Origin: Eubacteriales bacterium
Lineage (GTDB): Bacteria > Bacillota > Clostridia > Oscillospirales > CAG-272
Assembly: GCA_045652665.1 (NCBI GenBank)
Contig: JAZRUS010000003.1
Span: 1 to 58,653 of the forward strand
DNA length: 58,653 nt
Direction of reading: 5' to 3'
Made by a program: the position numbers and the translations under genes. Positions 1 to 7,152 of the stretch are shown here, one piece after another. Numbering within the stretch: position 1 is the stretch's first letter; each line of letters begins with the position of its first letter. A model generated the notes under the pieces. It was not told the origin of the DNA. It saw only the letters and a list, made by a program, of their open reading frames with translations, and did no database searches.

Positions 1-2
1 TC

Positions 3-854
3 TTTGGTGATAAGGTGACTCTCGCTGACCTCAAGCCAAGACGCATACACGCATTCTACGACTACCTAAGAAGCATTGGAGACAACGAGCAGACGATACT
101 CCACTACCATAATCTGCTCCACGCGATGTTCGAGTACGCAATCAGACAAGAGCTCTTCGAGTACAACCCGATGCAGAGAGTGGACAGACCTACGGTCAAG
201 AAATATGCTGCGAACTTCTACTCGGTGGAAGAGGTGCAAACGCTCCTCGCCTTCGCAAAAGACGATCTCCTCTACATACCGATAGTCCTCGCAGTGTACT
301 GCGGTATGAGACGAAGCGAAGCACTCGGCATGACGTGGGATTGCGTGGACTTTGAGAACGACAAAATCTCGGTGCAGAAAAAGGTGATCGAGATATCCAA
401 GAACGGCAAAAAGCAAATCGTAGTCAGCGACGAGCTGAAGACCGAAAGCTCACGCAGAGTCTTCGCAATGCACCCCGACGTGAAGAAGATACTAGAGAAG
501 CACAAGGAACAGCAAGAGGTGTACCGAAAGCAGTTCAAACGCTCCTACTCAAAGAAATATCTCAACATGGTATGCGTTGACCAGCTCGGTGACCTCATAC
601 GACCTAACTTCGTGACCGAGCACTTCAACATACTGCTCAAAAAGCACAACCTAAGGAAAATACGCTTCCACGACCTACGACACACCTGTGCCTCTCTCCT
701 CGTAGCACTGAACGAGAATATGAAGGTAATCCAGGCGTATATGGGACACAGCACGATGAGCATAACGGCAGATACATACTCGCACCTTGACACCCGTGCA
801 ACGAGTATCGCGGGTATGAAGCTCGGCTCACTCATAGGAAACAAGGACGATTGA
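3..854 (+). CDS. tyrosine site-specific recombinase (phage-type integrase), 5' end cut by window edge
   Basis: The frame stays open back to base 3, so the ORF-track start at 15 is not the true start. Catalytic-domain signatures are visible: CGMRRSEAL (Arg), HDLRHTCASL (H-x-x-R) and GHSTMSITADTYSHL (His ... Tyr). Confidence 0.85.
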   Translation, partial: FGDKVTLADLKPRRIHAFYDYLRSIGDNEQTILHYHNLLHAMFEYAIRQELFEYNPMQRVDRPTVKKYAANFYSVEEVQTLLAFAKDDLLYIPIVLAVYCGMRRSEALGMTWDCVDFENDKISVQKKVIEISKNGKKQIVVSDELKTESSRRVFAMHPDVKKILEKHKEQQEVYRKQFKRSYSKKYLNMVCVDQLGDLIRPNFVTEHFNILLKKHNLRKIRFHDLRHTCASLLVALNENMKVIQAYMGHSTMSITADTYSHLDTRATSIAGMKLGSLIGNKDD

Positions 855-941
855 AAAATCACTATGCCTAAAACAATGATATAAGGCTGACCATGGTAAA
901 AAACTAGTCAGCCTTAAACAAAGAATAAGGGGTACGGAAGA

Positions 942-1520
942 ATGAAGAAAAACAGTGAACTCTCACTTGAACAGTTAAGACAAAAGCTACATATCAGCAA
1001 ACGCAAAGCAGCATGGATGCTACAGAATGGTGTCATACCGTGTAGAATTGTAGATACTCCAACTCACCTCAGATACTACGTAAAGGAAGAAGATTTGAGG
1101 GCGTATATGAAGCAAAGCGTAACCGAAAGCAAGAAGGAGTTCATCAGAGGACAATTCTCCTCCCGTAACAAAGACGCTCCCGAGGCAAACGAAGCCTCGG
1201 GAGACGGAATAAGCGTGTTCGCCTACCTAAGCAGAAAGGATAGGAACAAGTTCGAGCGAATACTTGAAAAGAGACTCGCAATATACCCCGACGCATTATC
1301 CATCTACCGAGTAGCGAAAATTATAGGCTACTCGGAGAGGACAATAAGATGGCATATCGCTAAAGGAAGACTGTTTGCCACACTCCAAGAACGCAAGCAC
1401 CTCGTGTCAAAATATTCGCTCATAAAGTTCCTAGCTAGTGACAAAGGCTTCGCAATGCAACCTAAATCGGAATGGCATGAAAAGGCGATACGGTGGTTTA
1501 TAGAGGTGATGCATAAATAA
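942..1520 (+). CDS. DNA-binding protein with two excisionase/MerR-like HTH modules
   Basis: 192-aa ORF directly after the integrase. It has two segments of the HTH_17 type (LHISKRKAAWMLQNGVIPCRIV and VAKIIGYSERTIRWHIAKGRLFAT), each followed by a short wing. A purine-rich RBS precedes the ATG. Confidence 0.55.
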   Translation: MKKNSELSLEQLRQKLHISKRKAAWMLQNGVIPCRIVDTPTHLRYYVKEEDLRAYMKQSVTESKKEFIRGQFSSRNKDAPEANEASGDGISVFAYLSRKDRNKFERILEKRLAIYPDALSIYRVAKIIGYSERTIRWHIAKGRLFATLQERKHLVSKYSLIKFLASDKGFAMQPKSEWHEKAIRWFIEVMHK

Positions 1521-1525
1521 GCGGC

Positions 1526-1554
1526 TTGAAAAAGTTCTCGAATTATGCTATAAT
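1526..1554 (+). promoter_or_regulatory. sigma-A type promoter for the 1584-3499 operon
   Basis: TTGAAA (1526-1531), a 17-nt spacer, then TATAAT (1549-1554), located immediately after the stop of the upstream gene. Confidence 0.6.
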
Positions 1555-1583
1555 ATATCAAAACATATAACGAGGACTTTTTT

Positions 1584-2156
1584 ATGAAAGGCAACGAGAA
1601 ATTTTTATTCAAGAATGAAAATTTGGATTTCGATTTTTCTGATTTCTGGAGATTTCAATATTCAAACATATATAGCCTTCACGGTGAAATCGCCGAGTTT
1701 ATTGTGGCGAGGGCAGTGGGGGTAACCGAAGCGCAAAACAGCGCATATTGGACTCTCTGGGATATAACCTACCGCGATGTAAAAATCGAAGTTAAAGCAA
1801 CCGCCTATTACCATTTGTGGAATGACGAAGCAAAGATATCAAAGCAAAGAACATTCGGTATCACTAAGGCTAACGGAGCTTATGATTCCAGCGTGTGTGG
1901 AAACAACGAGTTCTGCCGACAGAATGACATATATGTTTTTTGCTTAAATACCGGAGAAACGAAAGAAACATCTTATCCGTTAAACCTTGATAATTGGGAA
2001 TTTTACATAGTACCGACATCGTTTATAAACGAGCACTGCCAAGACAACAAAACTATATCTCTCGGAAGAATAAAAAACTTTGGATTTGAAGCCAAAAAAT
2101 ACGACCAAATAAAATCTGAGATTGACTCTATTATAGATTCGGGGGCAATAAAATGA
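1584..2156 (+). CDS. hypothetical protein with PD-(D/E)XK nuclease-type motif
   Basis: 190-aa ORF. A helix carrying E (GEIAEFIVARA) is followed by WDITYRDVKIEVKA, giving D60 ... E69-V-K71 with the spacing typical of restriction-endonuclease-fold active sites. Its stop overlaps the next start (ATGA). Confidence 0.6.
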   Translation: MKGNEKFLFKNENLDFDFSDFWRFQYSNIYSLHGEIAEFIVARAVGVTEAQNSAYWTLWDITYRDVKIEVKATAYYHLWNDEAKISKQRTFGITKANGAYDSSVCGNNEFCRQNDIYVFCLNTGETKETSYPLNLDNWEFYIVPTSFINEHCQDNKTISLGRIKNFGFEAKKYDQIKSEIDSIIDSGAIK

Positions 2157-3277
2157 ACACTCAAAACTTGCATAGACTTATAGAAAAATACGAAGAGAAT
2201 TTTTACAAACTCAATAGCGGTAACCCCGGCGAACCCGACGAGATTTTTAAGTGGAAAGCAGCTAAGACCTTTCGTGACGTTTGGTTCTCGGAAGAGGCTA
2301 AAACAATGTCCTTCTCAGAGAAATTCAACCTTGCAAAGAAGAACTTTGATATTCTTACCGATAACAGCTACGTGTCCCCTGCAAACGGTATAGTTAAAGT
2401 TGCCGAAAAGAACCAAGAAGCAGTAGAAACGCTGTGCGAAAGACTTCTTTTTGCAGATGATGGTGGAAACCTTGAAGCAAGGCAAAATAATATGGAGAAG
2501 TTTCTCGAAGAGTTTGACAAGCTCCGCGCGGAGTATTATCCCCAAAGCTTCAAATTTAAGCAAGAAAGGCACTCCGTGTCATGTTATCTTGCGTTTTTTG
2601 CTCCAGATGTAAACTTTATTTATCGTTTTAGTGATGCAGAAGAATTTGCAAAGTATGTTGAATACGGCAAGGATATAGGCTCGGGCGGAGATTTCAGACT
2701 CGACCGATACTACGAGCTTTGCGAAATAATTGTAGAAGCTCTTAAGGAACACCCCACGCTTCTTGAAAAGCACGACAATCTTATAAAAGACAGAAATGTA
2801 ATCGCAGACGAATACTATGTTGATTTGACAAGACACATTCTCGCTTTCGATTTGATGTACTGCTGTCGCACTTATAACTTCTATGCAGGTATGACTCACG
2901 CTTCAAAAAAAGACAGCATAAAAGCATTTGTTGAAGCTGAGGCAAGAGAAAAAGAGAGACTCGAAAGAGAGGCTCGAATAGCAGAGCTTGAAGCCGAGCT
3001 TCACACACTCGAAATGGAAACTGAGAAATATACATACATATCCCTTTTGAACGTTGAGGTACATCAAGCTACTTATGGCAAGGGCGTTGTTATTGCTCAA
3101 CAGAACAACAAAGTAACGGTGAAATTCGAAACCTGCGAAAAAGGCTTTATTATAAGTAAGAAATATCCGGTAAGACCTACTTTTGAAAATGATGCCGAAA
3201 TCGTAGAAGCCTTTACCGAGTATGATTCTTTGCTCGAAAAGATAAAAGTATTGAAGAACAAAATAGCGTTGATATGA
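2153..3277 (+). CDS. hypothetical 374-aa protein: helical N-domain, coiled coil, Tudor-like C-terminal beta domain
   Basis: Its start overlaps the upstream stop by 4 nt. A central EAEAREKERLEREARIAELEAELHTLEMETEK coiled coil is present. The C-terminal VHQATYGKGVVIAQQNNKVTVKFETCEKGFII resembles the small C-terminal domain of UvrD/PcrA helicases. No NTPase motif is visible. Confidence 0.7.
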   Translation: MNTQNLHRLIEKYEENFYKLNSGNPGEPDEIFKWKAAKTFRDVWFSEEAKTMSFSEKFNLAKKNFDILTDNSYVSPANGIVKVAEKNQEAVETLCERLLFADDGGNLEARQNNMEKFLEEFDKLRAEYYPQSFKFKQERHSVSCYLAFFAPDVNFIYRFSDAEEFAKYVEYGKDIGSGGDFRLDRYYELCEIIVEALKEHPTLLEKHDNLIKDRNVIADEYYVDLTRHILAFDLMYCCRTYNFYAGMTHASKKDSIKAFVEAEAREKERLEREARIAELEAELHTLEMETEKYTYISLLNVEVHQATYGKGVVIAQQNNKVTVKFETCEKGFIISKKYPVRPTFENDAEIVEAFTEYDSLLEKIKVLKNKIALI

Positions 3278-3298
3278 GGATACGAAGGAGAATTTACA

Positions 3299-3499
3299 AT
3301 GGCAATTAAAGCGACAATAATCATTGATGACGATCGTTGGGCGAAACACCCTTACGGTGTTAAATTTGATGACGAAGAATGTAACAGTAGGTTTTATACG
3401 AATGGCGTAAATAGCCGCGAAGCATGCTACCGAGTAATCGAACAGGCTCGTGCAGCAGGATTTGACATCGATTCATATGTCGAGGAAGAATTTTATTGA
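3299..3499 (+). CDS. hypothetical 66-aa protein
   Basis: AAGGAG lies 9 nt upstream of the ATG. This is the last gene of the operon before the noncoding tRNA island. Confidence 0.55.
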   Translation: MAIKATIIIDDDRWAKHPYGVKFDDEECNSRFYTNGVNSREACYRVIEQARAAGFDIDSYVEEEFY

Positions 3500-3515
3500 T
3501 TAACCTGTGAAGCAC

Positions 3516-3595
3516 GGGATATTCGTCTCTGACGAAGATACCCACACCCTGCGCCTGAAGAGCGAGCTCTTCGATCTTCGGGTGGGGTATGCGAA
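3516..3595 (+). repeat. left copy of 80-nt imperfect inverted repeat flanking tRNA-Ser
   Basis: GGGATATTCGTCTCTGACGAAGATACCC ... GAAGAGCGAGCTCTTC ... TCTTCGGGTGGGGTATGCGAA aligns with the reverse complement of 3951-4030. Confidence 0.7.
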
Positions 3596-3599
3596 CCCC

Positions 3600-3655
3600 A
3601 TTCTGCGACTCAGAGAGCCACAGAGGGCGGTTCAAATCCTCTCGTACCAGTGCCA
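3600..3655 (+). other. tRNA-like 3' fragment (T-loop GGTTCAAATCC ... GCCA); possible att remnant of the left element
   Basis: The T-loop consensus lies at 3629-3639 and the fragment ends in CCA at 3655, followed by a terminator. I could not find a matching 5' acceptor strand or fold a full cloverleaf. Confidence 0.3.
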
Positions 3656-3668
3656 AAGAAATAAAAAA

Positions 3669-3700
3669 ACAACCGAGCTTTTTTGGGCTCGGTTGTCCTT
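3669..3700. terminator. bidirectional rho-independent terminator
   Basis: 10-bp stem ACAACCGAGC / GCTCGGTTGT with an A-run upstream and a T-rich run downstream. It lies between the plus-strand operon and the 3' end of tRNA-Ser. Confidence 0.75.
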
Positions 3701-3705
3701 TTATT

Positions 3706-3793
3706 TGGCGCAGGAAGAGGGATTCGAACCCCCGTGCCTTTTGGGCAAACGGTTTTCAAGACCGCCTCGTTGTGACCGCTTCGATATTCCTGC
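3706..3793 (-). tRNA. tRNA-Ser (anticodon UGA), type II with long variable arm, CCA encoded
   Basis: On the minus strand: acceptor GCAGGAA/TTCCTGC, 3-bp D stem, anticodon stem GCGGT/ACCGT with loop CTTGAAA, variable arm TGCC-CAAAA-GGCA, T arm GGGGG-TTCGAAT-CCCTC, then G-CCA. Confidence 0.9.
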
Positions 3794-3923
3794 GTATTAA
3801 ATTGTGATTTTGAAAAGTGTTAGATATTACGTTAGATATGCGAGTTTTTGCATTTTTCGGTGTCCCGAAATAGTCAGTGATTTCAAGGGGTTTCGGCACT
3901 TTTGCTTCCGCTTGACCGACAAA

Positions 3924-3960
3924 TTTTCAAGACCGCCTCGTTGTGACCGCTTCGTATACC
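3924..3960 (-). pseudogene. partial copy of tRNA-Ser 5' half (D arm to anticodon loop)
   Basis: A 31-nt stretch is identical to 3753-3783 of the intact gene (CGAAGCGGTCACAACGAGGCGGTCTTGAAAA on the minus strand). No 3' half follows it. Confidence 0.8.
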
Positions 3961-4030
3961 CCACGAAGACGTGTCAAGCTTGCTTGTAAGCGGCAAGTGC
4001 GGGTATCTTCGACGGAGTCGAAATATTCCT
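3951..4030 (-). repeat. right copy of 80-nt imperfect inverted repeat flanking tRNA-Ser
   Basis: Its reverse complement, AGGAATATTTCGACTCCGTCGAAGATACCC ... CAAGCAAGCTTG ... TCTTCGTGGGGTATACGAA, aligns with 3516-3595. Confidence 0.7.
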
Positions 4031-4258
4031 ATCACAATGCAAATTTGTGCTATTATTCAAGTATTAAGTTTTGTTAGATATTGCGTTAGATGTGCAAACT
4101 CGATCTAAATACTTATAGAGCAACGCAGTCAAATCTAACCTGCATACAACATTTGTTTACTGCATATATTAATATGAGCAGACATCGATTTGCCTATATA
4201 TGATATCACACTTTTGTTCGATTGTCAATATAACAGAAAGGTTTTTTTGAAAAATGTA

Positions 4259-4287
4259 TTGACTTTTTGTTTTATCAATGATATAAT
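4259..4287 (+). promoter_or_regulatory. sigma-A type promoter of the tRNA-Leu / tRNA-fMet pair
   Basis: TTGACT (4259-4264), a 17-nt spacer, then TATAAT (4282-4287), about 35 nt upstream of tRNA-Leu. Confidence 0.7.
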
Positions 4288-4323
4288 ATATAAGCAATGT
4301 GGAAGACCAATTGGTCGTAACAT

Positions 4324-4411
4324 GCCGGAATGGCGGAATTGGCAGACGCCCGGGACTTAAAATCCCGTGAGATTTTTTCTCGTACCGGTTCGACCCCGGC
4401 TTCCGGCACCA
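4324..4411 (+). tRNA. tRNA-Leu (anticodon UAA), CCA encoded
   Basis: Acceptor GCCGGAA/TTCCGGC, anticodon stem CGGGA/TCCCG with loop CTTAAAA, long variable arm GAGA-TTTTT-TCTC, then A-CCA. Confidence 0.9.
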
Positions 4412-4417
4412 TTATAT

Positions 4418-4497
<80 letters not shown>

Positions 4498-4567
4498 GAA
4501 AACCCTTGAAAACACTAGCTTTTTGAGGGTTTTTTCTTTTTTCCAAAAGGGCAAAATTGCTTGTCTT

Positions 4568-4588
4568 GTCCTTTATTTGTCCTTTATT
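4568..4588 (+). repeat. tandem GTCCTTTATT x2 (candidate arm-type integrase site, left arm)
   Basis: GTCCTTTATT-T-GTCCTTTATT is the same 21-mer found at 11955-11975 next to the int stop codon. Confidence 0.5.
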
Positions 4589-4678
4589 GCCTAAATTTTT
4601 GTCCTTTTACGAGTGTTTTCTCGCACGTGCGCGTTATGGGTGGCGAAACGGGGGAGTGATCACAAAAGGAATCAAAAG

Positions 4679-4705
4679 CGAGAGGGATTATAACCGTCCC
4701 TCTCG
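4679..4705. terminator. hairpin terminator, inverted twin of 7153-7179
   Basis: CGAGAGGGA-TTATAACCG-TCCCTCTCG with T-rich runs on both strands, located just beyond the stop of the minus-strand gene at 4712. Confidence 0.6.
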
Positions 4706-4711
4706 TGTGTT

Positions 4712-5008
4712 TTATTTCTCCATAGATTCCTCTATGCCTTGGCACTCTGCGAGCATTTTCTCCGCTTCTTCTATGCTGTCAAGAACGGATCCTATCAGAG
4801 CTTTGACTGTTTCGGGGAAGAGTTCGAGATCTGATATCAGCTTTTTACGCGCTTCTTCGTCGATCAAGTATCGGTCAACGAAATCGTATAGCAAGAGTGA
4901 ACTACGCTGTATCAACGTGTGCGGCATATGCGTAACGTATTCAATAGGTTTTCTCTGCTCCGGGGTTAATTGCTCAAGCTCTATGTAGTTGCGTGTGCGG
5001 TATATCAT
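4712..5008 (-). CDS. hypothetical protein (98 aa)
   Basis: I prefer the internal ATG at 5008 because it overlaps the upstream stop as ATGA. The longer ORF-track start at 5050 would run 46 nt into the upstream gene. Confidence 0.55.
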   Translation of the reverse strand: MIYRTRNYIELEQLTPEQRKPIEYVTHMPHTLIQRSSLLLYDFVDRYLIDEEARKKLISDLELFPETVKALIGSVLDSIEEAEKMLAECQGIEESMEK

Positions 5009-5244
5009 TCTTCGGGCACCTCCGCAAAGCTGTAAAATGCAACGCGACACTTTTCCTTGAATCTGTTGCGTACTGTGAGATATCTTTTGTCTATCTTATA
5101 CCCTAAGCGCTTTAATTCGAATATTCGCGAGGGCAAGCACGTAACGCCTAAATCGTTATATGCCTGTAACGTGGTTATTCCGCCAAAGGCTGTTATATAG
5201 TCTATAATGCGCTGCTGTTGCGGTTTTAGCTTAATCTCAGACAT
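5005..5244 (-). CDS. small winged-helix DNA-binding protein (HTH_39-like)
   Basis: Starting at MSEIKLKPQQQRIIDYITAFGGITTLQAYNDLGVTCLPSRIFELKRLGYKI, this matches the pattern of small phage/plasmid wHTH proteins. GGGAGGA lies 8 nt upstream of the ATG at 5244. Confidence 0.55.
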   Translation of the reverse strand: MSEIKLKPQQQRIIDYITAFGGITTLQAYNDLGVTCLPSRIFELKRLGYKIDKRYLTVRNRFKEKCRVAFYSFAEVPEE

Positions 5245-5635
5245 TTTCTGTATCCTCCCTCTCGCTATCAAGTTCGGGAAGATCGGTAAAGCCTTTTATA
5301 TTGCCTTCCGGCTCTTTCTTAAAGGGTTCATAGGTGAATTTACGATAAAGACGAACAGCGCGACCTATAATATAGGGGTGCTTGCTGAATATGGGGTCAT
5401 ACTTGTTGTTAAGCGGAGTAAACAAACATTCACCGTCTTTCTGCTTCTTCATTTTGCGGAGTATGATTCTACCGTCCTCTAGGCGTGCTACTACTAGATC
5501 ACCGTCTATAATCTCGGACCGGGTATCGACCTGTATTTCGTCACCCTCTCTGATCTCCGGGGACATCGAGCTGTCTTTCATCTCAAATATGTAATATCTC
5601 TCGGTTTCTCTTGATTCTGCTCTCTTGAATTTCAT
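5237..5635 (-). CDS. stand-alone S24 (LexA/UmuD-like) peptidase-domain protein, no HTH
   Basis: DSSMSPEIREGDEI (Ser nucleophile context) and RIILRKMKK (Lys) are present in a 132-aa protein with no N-terminal DNA-binding domain. Confidence 0.6.
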   Translation of the reverse strand: MKFKRAESRETERYYIFEMKDSSMSPEIREGDEIQVDTRSEIIDGDLVVARLEDGRIILRKMKKQKDGECLFTPLNNKYDPIFSKHPYIIGRAVRLYRKFTYEPFKKEPEGNIKGFTDLPELDSEREDTENV

Positions 5636-5766
5636 TGGTTTTATTCTCCTTCAAAAAACTATTGATTTTTGAGAGGGAGTGTGATATAATGTATTCACTC
5701 CCTCTTATGCTAAATTGGTGGGTGTTGCCCTCACGGATTGCTTGCCGGCTACCGTGTGGGCTTTTC

Positions 5767-6036
5767 TTATGCTATCGAAAATCTGCGTGTAGTGCTTGTT
5801 CTTGTAAATGCTTCTGCAACATCGGGCATAGCCTTTTTCAGTGCGGTAGTGTCGATTCTGGAGCTTGTCACAGGTGTCCAGCGTACTTTATATTCGCCCG
5901 CTCTTAATTCCTCGGTGTCACCCATCACAGCCTTTACTGTGTCGGTCAGCGCGGATATTTCCGCTTCAAGCTCTTCTTTCATTGCTTGGAGTTCCTTAAT
6001 CTCCTTGATTTTTGTGTAGAGTTCGTTTGCGCTCAT
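5767..6036 (-). CDS. hypothetical 89-aa coiled-coil protein
   Basis: AAAGGAGA RBS. An N-terminal coiled coil (KIKEIKELQAMKEELEAEISAL) is present. I recognise no family. Confidence 0.55.
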   Translation of the reverse strand: MSANELYTKIKEIKELQAMKEELEAEISALTDTVKAVMGDTEELRAGEYKVRWTPVTSSRIDTTALKKAMPDVAEAFTRTSTTRRFSIA

Positions 6037-6101
6037 TGTTCATTCTCCTTTTGATTTGTTTTTGTTGGCGTTGTTCTCGGCTTTCTGATACTATTATAGC
6101 G

Positions 6102-6219
6102 TACTGTTGGTAGTATGTCAAGAAAAATGTGCCATTTTCTTTATGTTCTCCTTTTTGCACAAAAATACTGTTGGTAGTATGACCGAAGTTTGTGCATTTT
6201 GCATACTTGTGGTAGTATT
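6102..6219 (+). promoter_or_regulatory. three direct repeats TACTGTTGGTAGTATG / CTTGTGGTAGTAT (candidate operators)
   Basis: Two identical 16-mers lie at 6102-6117 and 6166-6181, and a related copy at 6205-6219 overlaps the -35 of the RHH/Fic promoter. Confidence 0.5.
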
Positions 6220-6235
6220 ATTTTTGTGCTATAAT
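6207..6235 (+). promoter_or_regulatory. promoter of the RHH / Fic-like operon
   Basis: TTGTGG, a 17-nt spacer, then TGc-TATAAT (extended -10 at 6227-6235). Confidence 0.55.
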
Positions 6236-6271
6236 TATGTATATAAGAATATCAAAAAAGGAGTTTATATA

Positions 6272-6484
6272 ATGGGAAAAACATCTTGGCAAGTAAAACA
6301 ACGATATAATGAAAAAGCATATGACAAAATCTATTTAACTGTTCCAAAAGGCAAAAAAGAGCAGATTCAGCATTATGCGGCTGCTCTGCGTGAAAGTGTA
6401 AACGGCTTTATCAATGAGGCAATAGACGAAAAAATAGCGCGTGACTTTATTGGAGAGAAAGAGGAAAGCGAGGACGAGGAATGA
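6272..6484 (+). CDS. small ribbon-helix-helix type antitoxin-like protein (70 aa)
   Basis: The ATG at 6272 is preceded by AAAAAGGAG, and the longer ORF-track start at 6107 has no RBS. The sequence KAYDKIYLTVPKGKKEQIQHYAAALRESVNGFINEAIDEKI has a beta-strand plus two helices pattern. Its stop overlaps the next start (ATGA). Confidence 0.6.
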   Translation: MGKTSWQVKQRYNEKAYDKIYLTVPKGKKEQIQHYAAALRESVNGFINEAIDEKIARDFIGEKEESEDEE

Positions 6485-7143
6485 AATACCCGGATAAATA
6501 CACATTAACCCGAGAACATAGTCTATTCCTTGCTAAAAAGAGATATGACGATAATATATACTGCGGTATGAGAATGGAGAATCGCGCTGTAACGTTCCCT
6601 CAGACGCAGACGATATTAAACGGTGTGAACGTTCCAAACGTACAGCTTGACGATATACAGGCTATATTAAATATGCGTGACGCGTGGCGTTACCTGCTCA
6701 GTACGGTTGACATCCCTCTCACTGTTGAATACATTTGTAAGCTCAATGAGTTTATCGCGCGGAATGAGGCCCTTGAATGGGGAAAGCTCCGCACCGGCAA
6801 AGTTGGAATCTCCGGCACAGACTATAAGCCGCCTATACCCGAAATTTCAAGCGTAGAGAGGGAGTTAACCGCTATACTGTCAGCAGATACCACCGCAACG
6901 GAAAAGGCGCTCAATGCGTTTGTATGGGGTGCTAGAGGACAATTGTTCTGGGACGGAAACAAGCGAACGAGCTTGACTGTAGCGAACAAGATCCTCGTCA
7001 GCGCAGGCGCAGGAATATTGACTATCACAGATCAGTACATGGGAGAGTTCAACGCCCTGCTGCTTGATTACTACAACACCGGGGAAGCTGAGGCATTAAA
7101 GCAATTCCTTTATGATAACGCAATACAAGGGATAGAGATATAA
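6481..7143 (+). CDS. Fic/Doc-fold protein with non-canonical motif (QLFWDGNKR)
   Basis: Residues 154-162, QLFWDGNKR, align to the Doc motif HxFxD(A/G)NKR, but the His is replaced by Gln. The gene is translationally coupled to the upstream small gene. Confidence 0.6.
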   Translation: MKYPDKYTLTREHSLFLAKKRYDDNIYCGMRMENRAVTFPQTQTILNGVNVPNVQLDDIQAILNMRDAWRYLLSTVDIPLTVEYICKLNEFIARNEALEWGKLRTGKVGISGTDYKPPIPEISSVERELTAILSADTTATEKALNAFVWGARGQLFWDGNKRTSLTVANKILVSAGAGILTITDQYMGEFNALLLDYYNTGEAEALKQFLYDNAIQGIEI

Positions 7144-7152
7144 GAAAACGAT

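Noticed and set aside
3507-3989. ORF-track ORFs 3507-3800, 3589-3807 and 3804-3989 on the plus strand and 3360-3656 on the minus strand
   Set aside because: They run through tRNA-Ser, a terminator hairpin and repeat sequences. They have no RBS, so they are read-through artefacts of a noncoding tRNA island.
4557-4988. 143-aa plus-strand ORF
   Set aside because: It starts in the att arm region with no RBS and is antisense to the better-supported, translationally coupled minus-strand genes. Its composition is Ser/Cys-rich and low in complexity.
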